Shown piece by piece: positions 16,247 to 24,523 of a stretch of DNA of 64,000 bases. Position 1 is the first letter of the stretch. The number at the start of each line of letters is the position of its first letter. The translations under genes and the position numbers were made by a program. The stretch is taken from positions 1 through 64,000 of the IMG/VR virus record IMGVR_UViG_3300013102_000030. One strand, written 5' to 3'. Origin of the DNA: a virus. The notes under the pieces were generated by a model, which worked only from the letters and a program-made list of their open reading frames with translations, was not told the DNA's origin and did not search any database.

Positions 16247-16285
16247 AAACGACATCGCCACATCTGGCGGTGTCGTTTTTTATTT
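16247..16285 (+). terminator. Intrinsic terminator
   Basis: AAACGACATCGCCA..TGGCGGTGTCGTTT + T-tract. Confidence 0.8.
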
Positions 16286-16308
16286 GTGAAGAGAAGGAGG
16301 GTCTCTGA

Positions 16309-16608
16309 GTGGAAAAGATTTTTGAGATCATCAGTACCTCTGGTCCACAAGGCGGGTTCGTGGCAGTTGTTCTCTTGCTTCTTTTCTTTGTTCGTAAACA
16401 GGAAGCTGGAGTCCGAAATGAGATCAACGGATCTCTCCAAAGGCTCCAGACCGAAAACGATGGACTCAGGGCCAAAATCAAAGAACTGAATACGGAAATC
16501 GACACGCAGCGAGAGGAACGAAGAGCGGCTGAAGACCGCGCAGACAAACAAAGACGACGTGCAGAAGCCGCAGAGTCTAAACTAGGAGTAACCGATGTCA
16601 CAGGCTGA
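16309..16608 (+). CDS. membrane protein (1 TM + coiled coil), lysis-cassette type
   Basis: GFVAVVLLLLFFV followed by heptads; AGGAGG. Confidence 0.75.
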   Translation: MEKIFEIISTSGPQGGFVAVVLLLLFFVRKQEAGVRNEINGSLQRLQTENDGLRAKIKELNTEIDTQREERRAAEDRADKQRRRAEAAESKLGVTDVTG

Positions 16609-17497
16609 TGAATTGAAAACGGAAGGGACTGACGGAACATCCGTAGCAGCCCTTGCCGAACGCTTTAAGAGGTCATACCGCTATACCAAGATGGGACTTG
16701 TGGCTCTGCTTCTATTCGGCCTACTGTCTTCCTTTACCTTCTGGCAAGTCAACACTGAGAAAGATATTGCCGTCCAAAACCAACAGGTTCTGTCCCAGTC
16801 GATGGACAAAGATCTCTGCAAGGTCTATCCCGAGACTGAAAGCTGCAAGATCTCCGCTCAGATCAAGGAGTCCCCTACGGAAGCTGTCATCCCGAAGGAC
16901 GGCAAAGACGGTCAGAACGGTAAAGACGGTCAGGACGGAGCCAACGGTACAGACGGACGCGGAGTAACCAAGTTCGATCAGGCCACAGGTAACCTCATTG
17001 TCACCTACACGGACGGACAGACGCAGGATCTGGGACGTATCGTCGGACGGGACGGAGAAAACGGAGCGACAGGAGCCACCGGAGAAAAGGGAGCAGACGG
17101 ACGCGGTATTGTCTCATCCTCCATCGAAGGCGGCGCACTCATGGTCACCTACACAGACGGCTCAGTCCAGAACGCAGGATTCGTCGTCGGCCCCAAGGGT
17201 GACAAGGGTGATCCGGGCCAAACCGGAGCCACAGGAGCGTCGGGAACGGACGGTAAGGACGGTTTGAACGGCCAGAACGGGCTAACTCCTACCGGCATCA
17301 ACTCCGACATCTACGGAACCGTGACAGTCACCTACAATGACGGCTCATCCGCACAGGTCGGCAAGATTATCCTTCCGAACATCGAAATCTTCCAGTGTGT
17401 CGATAACGTCATGACCCTGAAGCTTACCAACGGTCCAGCGCACACAGCACCTGCCGTATGCAGTCTACCACAGGCCATCCCCAACCCACTAAAGTAA
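16595..17497 (+). CDS. membrane-anchored collagen-like protein
   Basis: N-terminal TM; G-x-y runs alternating with G.L.VTYTDG modules. Confidence 0.8.
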   Translation: MSQADELKTEGTDGTSVAALAERFKRSYRYTKMGLVALLLFGLLSSFTFWQVNTEKDIAVQNQQVLSQSMDKDLCKVYPETESCKISAQIKESPTEAVIPKDGKDGQNGKDGQDGANGTDGRGVTKFDQATGNLIVTYTDGQTQDLGRIVGRDGENGATGATGEKGADGRGIVSSSIEGGALMVTYTDGSVQNAGFVVGPKGDKGDPGQTGATGASGTDGKDGLNGQNGLTPTGINSDIYGTVTVTYNDGSSAQVGKIILPNIEIFQCVDNVMTLKLTNGPAHTAPAVCSLPQAIPNPLK

Positions 17498-17506
17498 GGA
17501 ACCACC

Positions 17507-17962
17507 ATGGAACTAGTCCTCGCGGCTACAGCGGTCTTCACGATCCTGCAACCGTTCATCAACGCGTGGATCAACCGCATCAACTGGACACCAAAGCAGA
17601 AGACACTGGTAGCATGGGCGGTAGCTATCGTCATCGGCGCAGGCTACGTCTTCTTCACTGCCGGTATCGGTAGCTGGTACCAGCTATTCCTTGCAGCACC
17701 ACTGATCTTCGGCTACGGTCAGGCAATTCACCAGTTCCTCGTGAAGAACATTGCCACCAAGTTCGAAGCAATCACTGCCAAGGGAAGCGCGGTTATCGCG
17801 CCAGCAGAGAACACCGACAACGCAGAGCTTGTCACGGACAAGACCATCGATCTTCAGGGCGGCTCCGTTACCGTCGAAGCTCCGGTCACCGTGAAGCAAG
17901 CAGATACACCACCACCGACCGATCCAGAACCTCTCAAGAGGGACGAAAACGTAGTCGGATAA
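17507..17962 (+). CDS. putative holin
   Basis: 3 TM segments; charged C-terminus. Confidence 0.65.
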   Translation: MELVLAATAVFTILQPFINAWINRINWTPKQKTLVAWAVAIVIGAGYVFFTAGIGSWYQLFLAAPLIFGYGQAIHQFLVKNIATKFEAITAKGSAVIAPAENTDNAELVTDKTIDLQGGSVTVEAPVTVKQADTPPPTDPEPLKRDENVVG

Positions 17963-17965
17963 CCC

Positions 17966-18000
17966 AAGGGCCGCTCCTCACCGAGCGGCCTTTGTGTTTT
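17966..18000 (+). terminator. Intrinsic terminator overlapping the next promoter
   Basis: AAGGGCCGCTC..GAGCGGCCTT TGTGTTTT. Confidence 0.75.
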
Positions 18001-18020
18001 CTGTGCAACGGTGATACAAT
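17992..18020 (+). promoter_or_regulatory. SigA-type promoter, leaderless
   Basis: TTGTGT-17-TACAAT, ATG 6 nt downstream. Confidence 0.75.
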
Positions 18021-18026
18021 CGACAC

Positions 18027-18338
18027 ATGACAACGAACTACCAACTCCAGACTCCTGAATCCCTCTACGTGCTCATCCAGCACCCGACGCTTTCAGAGTC
18101 TGTCAACGTATACGCAGCAAACCGCTCCGATCTGGAGACCCTGCTTGACAACCTTGAACTTGCCGGTGTGGCTGAAGGCCGGTTCCACGAAGACCTTGAA
18201 ATTGTCGAAGACTCCCTGACCGATGTCGTAGACAACCACGGCAATCAGGTTCCCTTCCTGCTGGAACTGACCAAAGCTGACCTCTCGCTTGCCACCACCT
18301 TTGAGTTCATGAACTTCCTCGGAGTCGTCGCTGAATGA
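18027..18338 (+). CDS. hypothetical acidic protein
   Basis: ORF after leaderless promoter. Confidence 0.75.
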   Translation: MTTNYQLQTPESLYVLIQHPTLSESVNVYAANRSDLETLLDNLELAGVAEGRFHEDLEIVEDSLTDVVDNHGNQVPFLLELTKADLSLATTFEFMNFLGVVAE

Positions 18339-18592
18339 GTGAACTCATTGCCCTACAAATAGCCCGACGCATCCGAGAAGATAGAGCTATGACACAAGTT
18401 ACCACACCCAAGCCTCCCAAGGCACCAAAACCCGAGAAATCCGCCCTTGTCAGGGCATCCATCCTCCTGTTCATCCTTGCACTCGCCTCGCTGACCGTTG
18501 CAGCCTTTGTCGGCTCTGCCTACCTCGCTGTAGGTGCCCTTCTGTGGGGCAGTGGCTCCATCACCGCTGCTGTCCTCTCCCTAAGGGAGTAA
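18335..18592 (+). CDS. membrane protein (2 TM)
   Basis: hydrophobic C-terminal half. Confidence 0.75.
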   Translation: MSELIALQIARRIREDRAMTQVTTPKPPKAPKPEKSALVRASILLFILALASLTVAAFVGSAYLAVGALLWGSGSITAAVLSLRE

Positions 18593-18593
18593 C

Positions 18594-18917
18594 ATGACTG
18601 TAGACGAGTATCTACGCTCCTCTAAGGGAGTACCACCCATCCCTGAGAGATGGACGTGGGAGGTCCAGAAGGCAACGTACACCAAGAAGGACAGCAACAA
18701 CATACCTGTTCAGTACTCGCTATACGACGTGTACATTCTGGATGAGAACAACGACGTACTGAGCAAGCAGACCTACGAACCGATGAGTCAGGATCTCACC
18801 CGATTCCCGATCACCACCAATGAGAACTTCCTGACCGTCGTTCAGGCAACCTACTTCTCCCTGTACAGATCCCGAAAGCCGGATTTGCCGGAACTCCTGA
18901 CACTGCCCAATCTATGA
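18594..18917 (+). CDS. hypothetical protein
   Basis: GGGAG SD. Confidence 0.75.
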   Translation: MTVDEYLRSSKGVPPIPERWTWEVQKATYTKKDSNNIPVQYSLYDVYILDENNDVLSKQTYEPMSQDLTRFPITTNENFLTVVQATYFSLYRSRKPDLPELLTLPNL

Positions 18918-19198
18918 CCAAAGACCTCTACAAGAACTGTACCGACCTCACGGAAGAACTCCACATGGCAAAAGACGAACTCTACATTGACGTGCGCTTC
19001 ACATTCAAGCGCGAAGTTGAATTTGAAGGAGAAGATCCCACCCTCCGGCCTGTTGCCATCAAGCGACACAAGGTCAAGGGGCTGGACGATGACGAGCTAG
19101 ACGGCATCGGAGAGTCCTTCGCGCAGAGTAGCTGGCTTCAGATAGCTTTGGCCCAGATTCCATCTGTCTTGGCGGATAACAACAAGATCAAGCTGTGA
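18914..19198 (+). CDS. hypothetical protein
   Basis: ATGA overlap. Confidence 0.75.
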   Translation: MTKDLYKNCTDLTEELHMAKDELYIDVRFTFKREVEFEGEDPTLRPVAIKRHKVKGLDDDELDGIGESFAQSSWLQIALAQIPSVLADNNKIKL

Positions 19199-19203
19199 GT
19201 TAG

Positions 19204-19232
19204 TTGACAAAAACCCTCTCTTCTGTCATACT
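19204..19232 (+). promoter_or_regulatory. SigA-type promoter
   Basis: TTGACA-17-CATACT. Confidence 0.75.
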
Positions 19233-19265
19233 GATTTTACGCGCACCAACGACAAGGGAGGGGAA

Positions 19266-19502
19266 ATGACCAATCCAGCACCAGAGAAGCCCAAAGAGGG
19301 CATAGAAGGAACCTTTGAGATCAAGGTCTTCCAAGCAGATCGGGCGGCAATGGTCCACACCGAAACGCTGAAGAACAGCAGTGAGATCGAACCTCGCCTC
19401 AAGGACCTGACCAGAGAATACCATCTCGGTACCTACATCACTGTTGCCGACCCCGGAGTCTATATGTACACGGACGGAACCATACACGTGAACAAGATAT
19501 GA
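19266..19502 (+). CDS. hypothetical protein (paralog of 19717..19923)
   Basis: GGGAGG SD. Confidence 0.8.
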   Translation: MTNPAPEKPKEGIEGTFEIKVFQADRAAMVHTETLKNSSEIEPRLKDLTREYHLGTYITVADPGVYMYTDGTIHVNKI

Positions 19503-19720
19503 TCCAACTCCTCAGAGCATACATAGACGGTCGTGTCATTGCGGCGGAAGCTTATGATCATGATGAGCTTCTGCCGCAGCCTGACGTTCCCCCATGGGCA
19601 CGCATGCGCTGCTCTCCCACACCCGTGTGGCAGAGCCGCATGGCACACCTAGCAACCTTTGGCGGGTACGATAAAGTCACCGTCACATCAATCTACCCAT
19701 CGACAAAGAGCACCACATGA
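19499..19720 (+). CDS. hypothetical protein
   Basis: ATGA overlaps at both ends. Confidence 0.65.
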   Translation: MIQLLRAYIDGRVIAAEAYDHDELLPQPDVPPWARMRCSPTPVWQSRMAHLATFGGYDKVTVTSIYPSTKSTT

Positions 19721-19923
19721 AATTCGAATTCAGAGTCTTCCAGAACAACCAATCAGTACCAGTTCACACCGAAGAGTCGGATGTGGAGAACCCAGCACCG
19801 AAATGCCATGAGCTTTCCGTCAAGTTCCACCTTGGCCCTCCCACCTATTCGGTGGATTACGGCTGGCGGTACACTGACGGCTATGTATCTGCTTCACCCC
19901 TAGAACAAGAAAAGGACAAATGA
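19717..19923 (+). CDS. hypothetical protein (paralog of 19266..19502)
   Basis: FE..VFQ....VHTE...HLG...YTDG. Confidence 0.75.
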   Translation: MKFEFRVFQNNQSVPVHTEESDVENPAPKCHELSVKFHLGPPTYSVDYGWRYTDGYVSASPLEQEKDK

Positions 19924-20444
19924 CTTTCCAGATCATCAAGGGCGATCTGTTCGACCCCGCCCACAACTTCAACGCGCTCGCACAGGGTGTCAACACCAAG
20001 GGCATCATGGGCGCTGGCATTGCGGTGCCGTTCCGGGAGAAGTTCCCTCTCATGTACCGTGAGTACATCCAGTGGTGCGCCAAGTACGAGGCCGTTCTTC
20101 CGGGCCTCCTGCACGCCTTCTACGACGTTGACGGTGGAGTCCATCCCTCACGTCCTGCCGTCTACAACCTGTTCTCTCAGGTCCAGCCCGGAAAGGACGG
20201 CTCCTACGCCCTGCTGGAACGCGCCACCTTCCTCATGCTGAAGGAAGCAGAGGATTCTCTCTCAGTCTTTACGGCTTTTGATTCAACCCGTCCTGAAGAT
20301 CCTGACCTGATTGACGGCAAGTTCCGCGTTGGCCTGCCATGGATCGGCTGTGGCATTGCCGGTCTCCAGCGTCACAACGTTGAGCACATCTTCCGCCGAT
20401 ACCTCACCGACTCTGAGGTTGAGTTCACTCTCGTAGAGCAGTAA
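19920..20444 (+). CDS. macrodomain protein (ADP-ribose binding/hydrolase, DarG/TARG1-like group)
   Basis: IIKGDLF; GVN..G.MGAGIA..F..KFP; LP.IGCGIAGL. Confidence 0.88.
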   Translation: MTFQIIKGDLFDPAHNFNALAQGVNTKGIMGAGIAVPFREKFPLMYREYIQWCAKYEAVLPGLLHAFYDVDGGVHPSRPAVYNLFSQVQPGKDGSYALLERATFLMLKEAEDSLSVFTAFDSTRPEDPDLIDGKFRVGLPWIGCGIAGLQRHNVEHIFRRYLTDSEVEFTLVEQ

Positions 20445-20453
20445 GGAAACAGT

Positions 20454-21281
20454 ATGGAACTTTTCTTTGTCCTCTTTTTCCTTGTACTGACCGCAGTGCT
20501 GATCGTGGGCGGGAAGTTCCTCCAAAGCAACCCGCAGATCGTCCAGCGGACAAAGAAGATCCTCCATGCGAACCGCCAGCCGCCCTCTGATCCAGTAGCC
20601 GACCAGAGGGCGCTGGAGACCGCCTTCAAGAACCTCCGGAAGGCCAAGCAGGAGGAACACTACCTGCATCTGAACCAGTGGCAGCAGGTCTATCTCCAGA
20701 ACCTCAAACCGACCGACCCCGAGCGCGTGGCCCTTGAGGTCAAGCGCAACGGAATCAACGTTGAGGAAGCCAAGTTTGTCGTCTCTGCTCCCGCCGACAC
20801 AGAGGAGATCAGCTACTCCCACCGAGTGGTCAAGGGCCTTTCTGTCCTCAGGGGTGAACCCAACAAGCAGTCCCAAACGCTTGCCACCCTGAAGAACGGC
20901 ACCAAGATTCAGATCGATGGATACACCTACGGTGAAAAGATCGGCTACACTGATATCTGGTACCGTATTGACGACAAGAACGGCATCTACGCTACCGCGT
21001 ACATCTGGGCAGGGTCCACAACCCAGCCCGAGCCTAAGGGACTCCCGCGTGTCTTCCCCGAGAACACACCCAAGTCCCCTGCGGCAGTACGTGACCTTGA
21101 GCGCAAGATCGACCTGCTGAACGCTGAGGTTGAGAACAGCCTCCGAAGGACAGCAGGGAAGACCAGCCGTGAAGTCAGGGCTGAGGTCATGTTCGTACCA
21201 CTCAAATCCCCCAAAAGTACTCGATGGGACGCAACTCCCAAAGAGTACATCCCCTCCACTATCCAAAAGGTAATCAAATAA
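20454..21281 (+). CDS. membrane-anchored protein with SH3b-like domain
   Basis: N-terminal TM; LR.EP...S..LATLKNGTKI.I.G......WYRI. Confidence 0.7.
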   Translation: MELFFVLFFLVLTAVLIVGGKFLQSNPQIVQRTKKILHANRQPPSDPVADQRALETAFKNLRKAKQEEHYLHLNQWQQVYLQNLKPTDPERVALEVKRNGINVEEAKFVVSAPADTEEISYSHRVVKGLSVLRGEPNKQSQTLATLKNGTKIQIDGYTYGEKIGYTDIWYRIDDKNGIYATAYIWAGSTTQPEPKGLPRVFPENTPKSPAAVRDLERKIDLLNAEVENSLRRTAGKTSREVRAEVMFVPLKSPKSTRWDATPKEYIPSTIQKVIK

Positions 21282-21293
21282 CGAAAGAGAATC

Positions 21294-21887
21294 ATGAAAG
21301 AAAAACTTATCAAGGCTTACTGGACAGCTTGGCGCTGGCCGGAAGTTCATAGCGACTCCAAGGACGTGATCTGGATCAGCCGCGTCCTCGCTGTTGCCAT
21401 CCCGGTTTTTCTTGTGATTCTGACCTTCCTGATCGGTGTATCAGCCTTTGGTGTCGTCCTGTCCGCCATCATGGCCGGATTTGTCGGTGTCGGGCTGATT
21501 GTCCTCACCGTATCCGCCTTCTACGAGGAATACCCTACAGTGGAAGACTTTGAGGCACGTGAAGCAGCCATCAAGGACTTCTTCATCGGCTTTCCGTCCA
21601 TCACGGACGTTCCGATCATCGAAGATGACGAAGATGAGTGGATCGCGTACGGCCACATCGACAAAACCCTCTTCCTTGATGCCATTGCCCGAGTCATCTT
21701 CCGTGTTACGGAAGACGGAGCACTTGCTGACCGGTTTATCGGCAAGGAAGATCAGGTGGAGTACCTGTACGCCCGTTTCAACAGCCCACAGCAGACGCAC
21801 TGGAAAGACGGCATCACCTTCTGCCACGAGCACTCCACAGACTGCTTCCCCGTTACGAGAATTGAGATACATGAGCCAGACAACTAG
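21294..21887 (+). CDS. membrane protein (2 TM) + soluble domain shared with next gene
   Basis: two hydrophobic helices; GHID motif. Confidence 0.8.
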   Translation: MKEKLIKAYWTAWRWPEVHSDSKDVIWISRVLAVAIPVFLVILTFLIGVSAFGVVLSAIMAGFVGVGLIVLTVSAFYEEYPTVEDFEAREAAIKDFFIGFPSITDVPIIEDDEDEWIAYGHIDKTLFLDAIARVIFRVTEDGALADRFIGKEDQVEYLYARFNSPQQTHWKDGITFCHEHSTDCFPVTRIEIHEPDN

Positions 21888-22209
21888 ACCAATGCGCCCG
21901 ATCACTGAGCGGGACTTCCACGGCTACCCTGAAGAGGTCACAGCCCTTCCCATCTACGAAGAAGACGACGGACAGGTCTTTGGCTGGGGCCATATCGATC
22001 CTGCTGAGTTCGTACTTGCCATTCAGCAGATTGCCAAGTACCATGAACTGGACGACGACTTCTCCGATGTGGAAGGTACCGACATCTCCCACACATACGC
22101 CAAGCCTCACCCGTATCTCACGGATGATGACCTTCAGGGAGACATTGCGTTTGTCCTGTGCGCTGAAGAAGACGAGGGCGCGTTCCCGATCACCTACTTC
22201 CAGCCCTAG
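21871..22209 (+). CDS. hypothetical protein (soluble paralog of upstream C-terminal domain)
   Basis: 3' part of ORF 21499..22209; PI.E.D...GHID...FP.T. Confidence 0.75.
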   Translation: MSQTTRPMRPITERDFHGYPEEVTALPIYEEDDGQVFGWGHIDPAEFVLAIQQIAKYHELDDDFSDVEGTDISHTYAKPHPYLTDDDLQGDIAFVLCAEEDEGAFPITYFQP

Positions 22210-22215
22210 GAAGCC

Positions 22216-22479
22216 ATGGCAGAACGAATCCAACTCCCGATCCCCACCGGAGACCTTCTCCCGGCTCAGGAACGGCTAGAGAACGCTCTCAATGCCATCA
22301 AGAACCGCCTGCTGTACGAAAAAGGCGAGTGGGACCAGATGCTGAGGGAACTCGATATGGGCTTCTGGACCGAGGACTCTCCGGAGCTAGCCAAGCAGCG
22401 GAGCTTCATGCAGGGACTTGACATTGCATGGAGTATCGCTCAGACAGAAGCTGTACGACGAACCGACAGCCCGACCTAA
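22216..22479 (+). CDS. hypothetical protein
   Basis: AGGA SD. Confidence 0.75.
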   Translation: MAERIQLPIPTGDLLPAQERLENALNAIKNRLLYEKGEWDQMLRELDMGFWTEDSPELAKQRSFMQGLDIAWSIAQTEAVRRTDSPT

Positions 22480-22488
22480 GGATACACA

Positions 22489-22911
22489 ATCTCATTAGAA
22501 CTAGTACTGATTCTCTCCCTGCTGGCCCACATGGTGGGGGACTATCTGATTCAGAACCACTGGATGGCCTCTCAGAAGACCTCACAGTGGTTGCCAGCAG
22601 TTGCCCATGGTGTCACGTACGCCATCCCGTTCATATTCATTGTTCCGTCGTGGCCTGCATTGTTGATCATTGCGGGAACTCATATAGTTATCGACCGCTA
22701 CCGACTGGCGCGTCACGTGGTATGGTTCAAGAACCAGCTAGCGCCCAAGGACTTCCGGCCTCTCACTCCGGCACTGAAGACCACCGGATACGCTGAGAGC
22801 ACTCCCGTGTGGCTCTCCACATGGCTGATGATCATTGCGGACAACACGCTCCACCTGATCATCAACACGCTTGCCATCGTATTCCTTGGACACGTCGGGC
22901 TGATGTGGTGA
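22489..22911 (+). CDS. DUF3307-type membrane protein; probable ATC start
   Basis: H..GDY..Q..WMA..K, H...Y, H..IDR, DN..H motifs; conserved His lies upstream of ATG22531. Confidence 0.75.
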   Translation: MSLELVLILSLLAHMVGDYLIQNHWMASQKTSQWLPAVAHGVTYAIPFIFIVPSWPALLIIAGTHIVIDRYRLARHVVWFKNQLAPKDFRPLTPALKTTGYAESTPVWLSTWLMIIADNTLHLIINTLAIVFLGHVGLMW

Positions 22912-23051
22912 TTCATCCACAATGCGAGTGTTGTGCTAAATGTCGTGTACTTCAGGATGAAGAGTGGTGCCTGCAATGTGACTATTACAGTTGCGAGAGA
23001 GGTCCCGACTGCCGGGACGCAACATTTACGGAAGAAGTGTTCAGTGGCTGA
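22908..23051 (+). CDS. small Cys-rich protein
   Basis: GTGA overlap; 8 Cys in about 47 aa. Confidence 0.5.
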   Translation: MIHPQCECCAKCRVLQDEEWCLQCDYYSCERGPDCRDATFTEEVFSG

Positions 23052-23400
23052 CTCCTACGCAAAGAAGGTCAAAGACCTTTGCCACAAGCTCAACATCGAA
23101 CTGGAGGACTACTCCAGCCTCAGTAAGTACGCGGTACGTCTGAAAGCTCCCCAAGGACAGTTGTTACTGTTCGTGGAGGAGAATGAGTACAGAATCTCCA
23201 GAGTTCGTCAGAAGGGTGGACGAAAGGAGCCGTTCTGGAGCCGAGTGTTCGAAGTCGTAGAAGGAGGACTGGTTTCTGCTGAAGAATGGCAGCGGATGGA
23301 TGCCTCATACAGGCGTGAGAAAGAAAAGGGAAGACTCAATCCGGAGTCAACTCACGACACATACGTCAAAGGGTGGTTCACTGGAGTCACGCCAGTTTGA
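23044..23400 (+). CDS. hypothetical protein
   Basis: 3' part of ORF 22933..23400; GTG23044. Confidence 0.7.
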   Translation: MADSYAKKVKDLCHKLNIELEDYSSLSKYAVRLKAPQGQLLLFVEENEYRISRVRQKGGRKEPFWSRVFEVVEGGLVSAEEWQRMDASYRREKEKGRLNPESTHDTYVKGWFTGVTPV

Positions 23401-23425
23401 CACTGAACAAGAAAAGGATTAGACT
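23397..23425 (+). promoter_or_regulatory. SigA-type promoter for NAD operon, near-leaderless
   Basis: TTGACA-17-TAGACT, ATG 9 nt downstream. Confidence 0.8.
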
Positions 23426-23434
23426 CAACACATA

Positions 23435-24343
23435 ATGATTACCTTCAAAGCTAAAGACACATCCGGCGAGAACATCAATTCCGCCCTCCACGAGTTCACC
23501 TTCCCCGCTGGGGAGAAGCACATCAAGCAGACAGAGGATCGGGAGATCCAAGATGTCGAAATCGCCATCTGGCAGCCGACTCCGGACTCCATCCACGATG
23601 ACCTGTTCACACTCGGTATGTGGATGAACTTCATCATCCAGACGGATGTTGAGGTTGCCAAATCCAACTCCTCATTCACTGGTACCCACACCGTTCTGCT
23701 CATGCCCTACGTTCCCGGTGCACGCGCTGACCGTGGAATCCCGTTCGGTCTGGGTACGTACGCAAAGTACATCAATGACCTGATGGTTGACCAGATCATC
23801 ATCTTTGATCCTCACTCCCAGCGTACTCCTGAAGTCCTTCACGGCTTTGATAACCTTACGGTTCTCTACCCTGAAGATCTGTTCGCACTGGGCCACATGG
23901 CTGCTGTCATCAATGGCTACACGGGCATCATTGCCCCTGACAAGGGCGCTGTCCTGCGTGCTGAAGGTGTAGCCAAGGCTGCAAACCTTCCGGTCTACAC
24001 TGCCACCAAGGAACGGGACGAAGCCACCGGTAAGCTCTCCAACTTCAAGATTGAAGGTCTGCCTACTGACGGCACCTTCCTTGTGGTCGATGACATCTGT
24101 GACGGAGGCGGAACCTTCCTTGGTCTCGCTGACGCAGCAGGTCTTGAGAAGAACCAGCTTGACTTGTACGTCTCGCACGGTGTATTCTCAAAGGACGCGC
24201 TGAAGAACCTCAAGGAGAAGTTCGGACACGTCTTCACCACCAACTCCTTTGCTCCCAAGCGGGAACTCAACGACGATGACGAATACCCGATCTACCGTCG
24301 CTTTGATGTGATCCGTCTGATGGAAAGCAAAATCAAGTACTGA
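23435..24343 (+). CDS. ribose-phosphate pyrophosphokinase-like (probable ADPR-PP synthetase, NARP1 Adps type)
   Basis: FP.GE; MPYVPGARADR; DPHS; APDKGA; VVDDICDGGGTF; VSHGVFS. Confidence 0.9.
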   Translation: MITFKAKDTSGENINSALHEFTFPAGEKHIKQTEDREIQDVEIAIWQPTPDSIHDDLFTLGMWMNFIIQTDVEVAKSNSSFTGTHTVLLMPYVPGARADRGIPFGLGTYAKYINDLMVDQIIIFDPHSQRTPEVLHGFDNLTVLYPEDLFALGHMAAVINGYTGIIAPDKGAVLRAEGVAKAANLPVYTATKERDEATGKLSNFKIEGLPTDGTFLVVDDICDGGGTFLGLADAAGLEKNQLDLYVSHGVFSKDALKNLKEKFGHVFTTNSFAPKRELNDDDEYPIYRRFDVIRLMESKIKY

Positions 24344-24507
24344 TGGGCTGGTGGATCGCGCTCAACGTAGTTCTCTACATTGCCGCAGCCGTAACCCAAT
24401 TCGTATTCGGACTGTGGATTGCTGCCCTGATCCTCGTGATCTTGGCCGCACTGCTCACATTGATTCTGTCAGGCGGAACCATCAACGTCTTTGACGCATT
24501 CGACTAA
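24343..24507 (+). CDS. 54-aa two-TM membrane protein (absent from ORF track)
   Basis: TGATG coupling; MGWWIALNVVLYIAAAVTQFVFGLWIAALILVILAALLTLILSGG... Confidence 0.7.
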   Translation: MGWWIALNVVLYIAAAVTQFVFGLWIAALILVILAALLTLILSGGTINVFDAFD

Positions 24508-24523
24508 CTGAAAGGCTATACCA

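Noticed and set aside
16223-16489. ORF 16223..16489
   Set aside because: Crosses a terminator and overlaps the better-supported 16309 gene.
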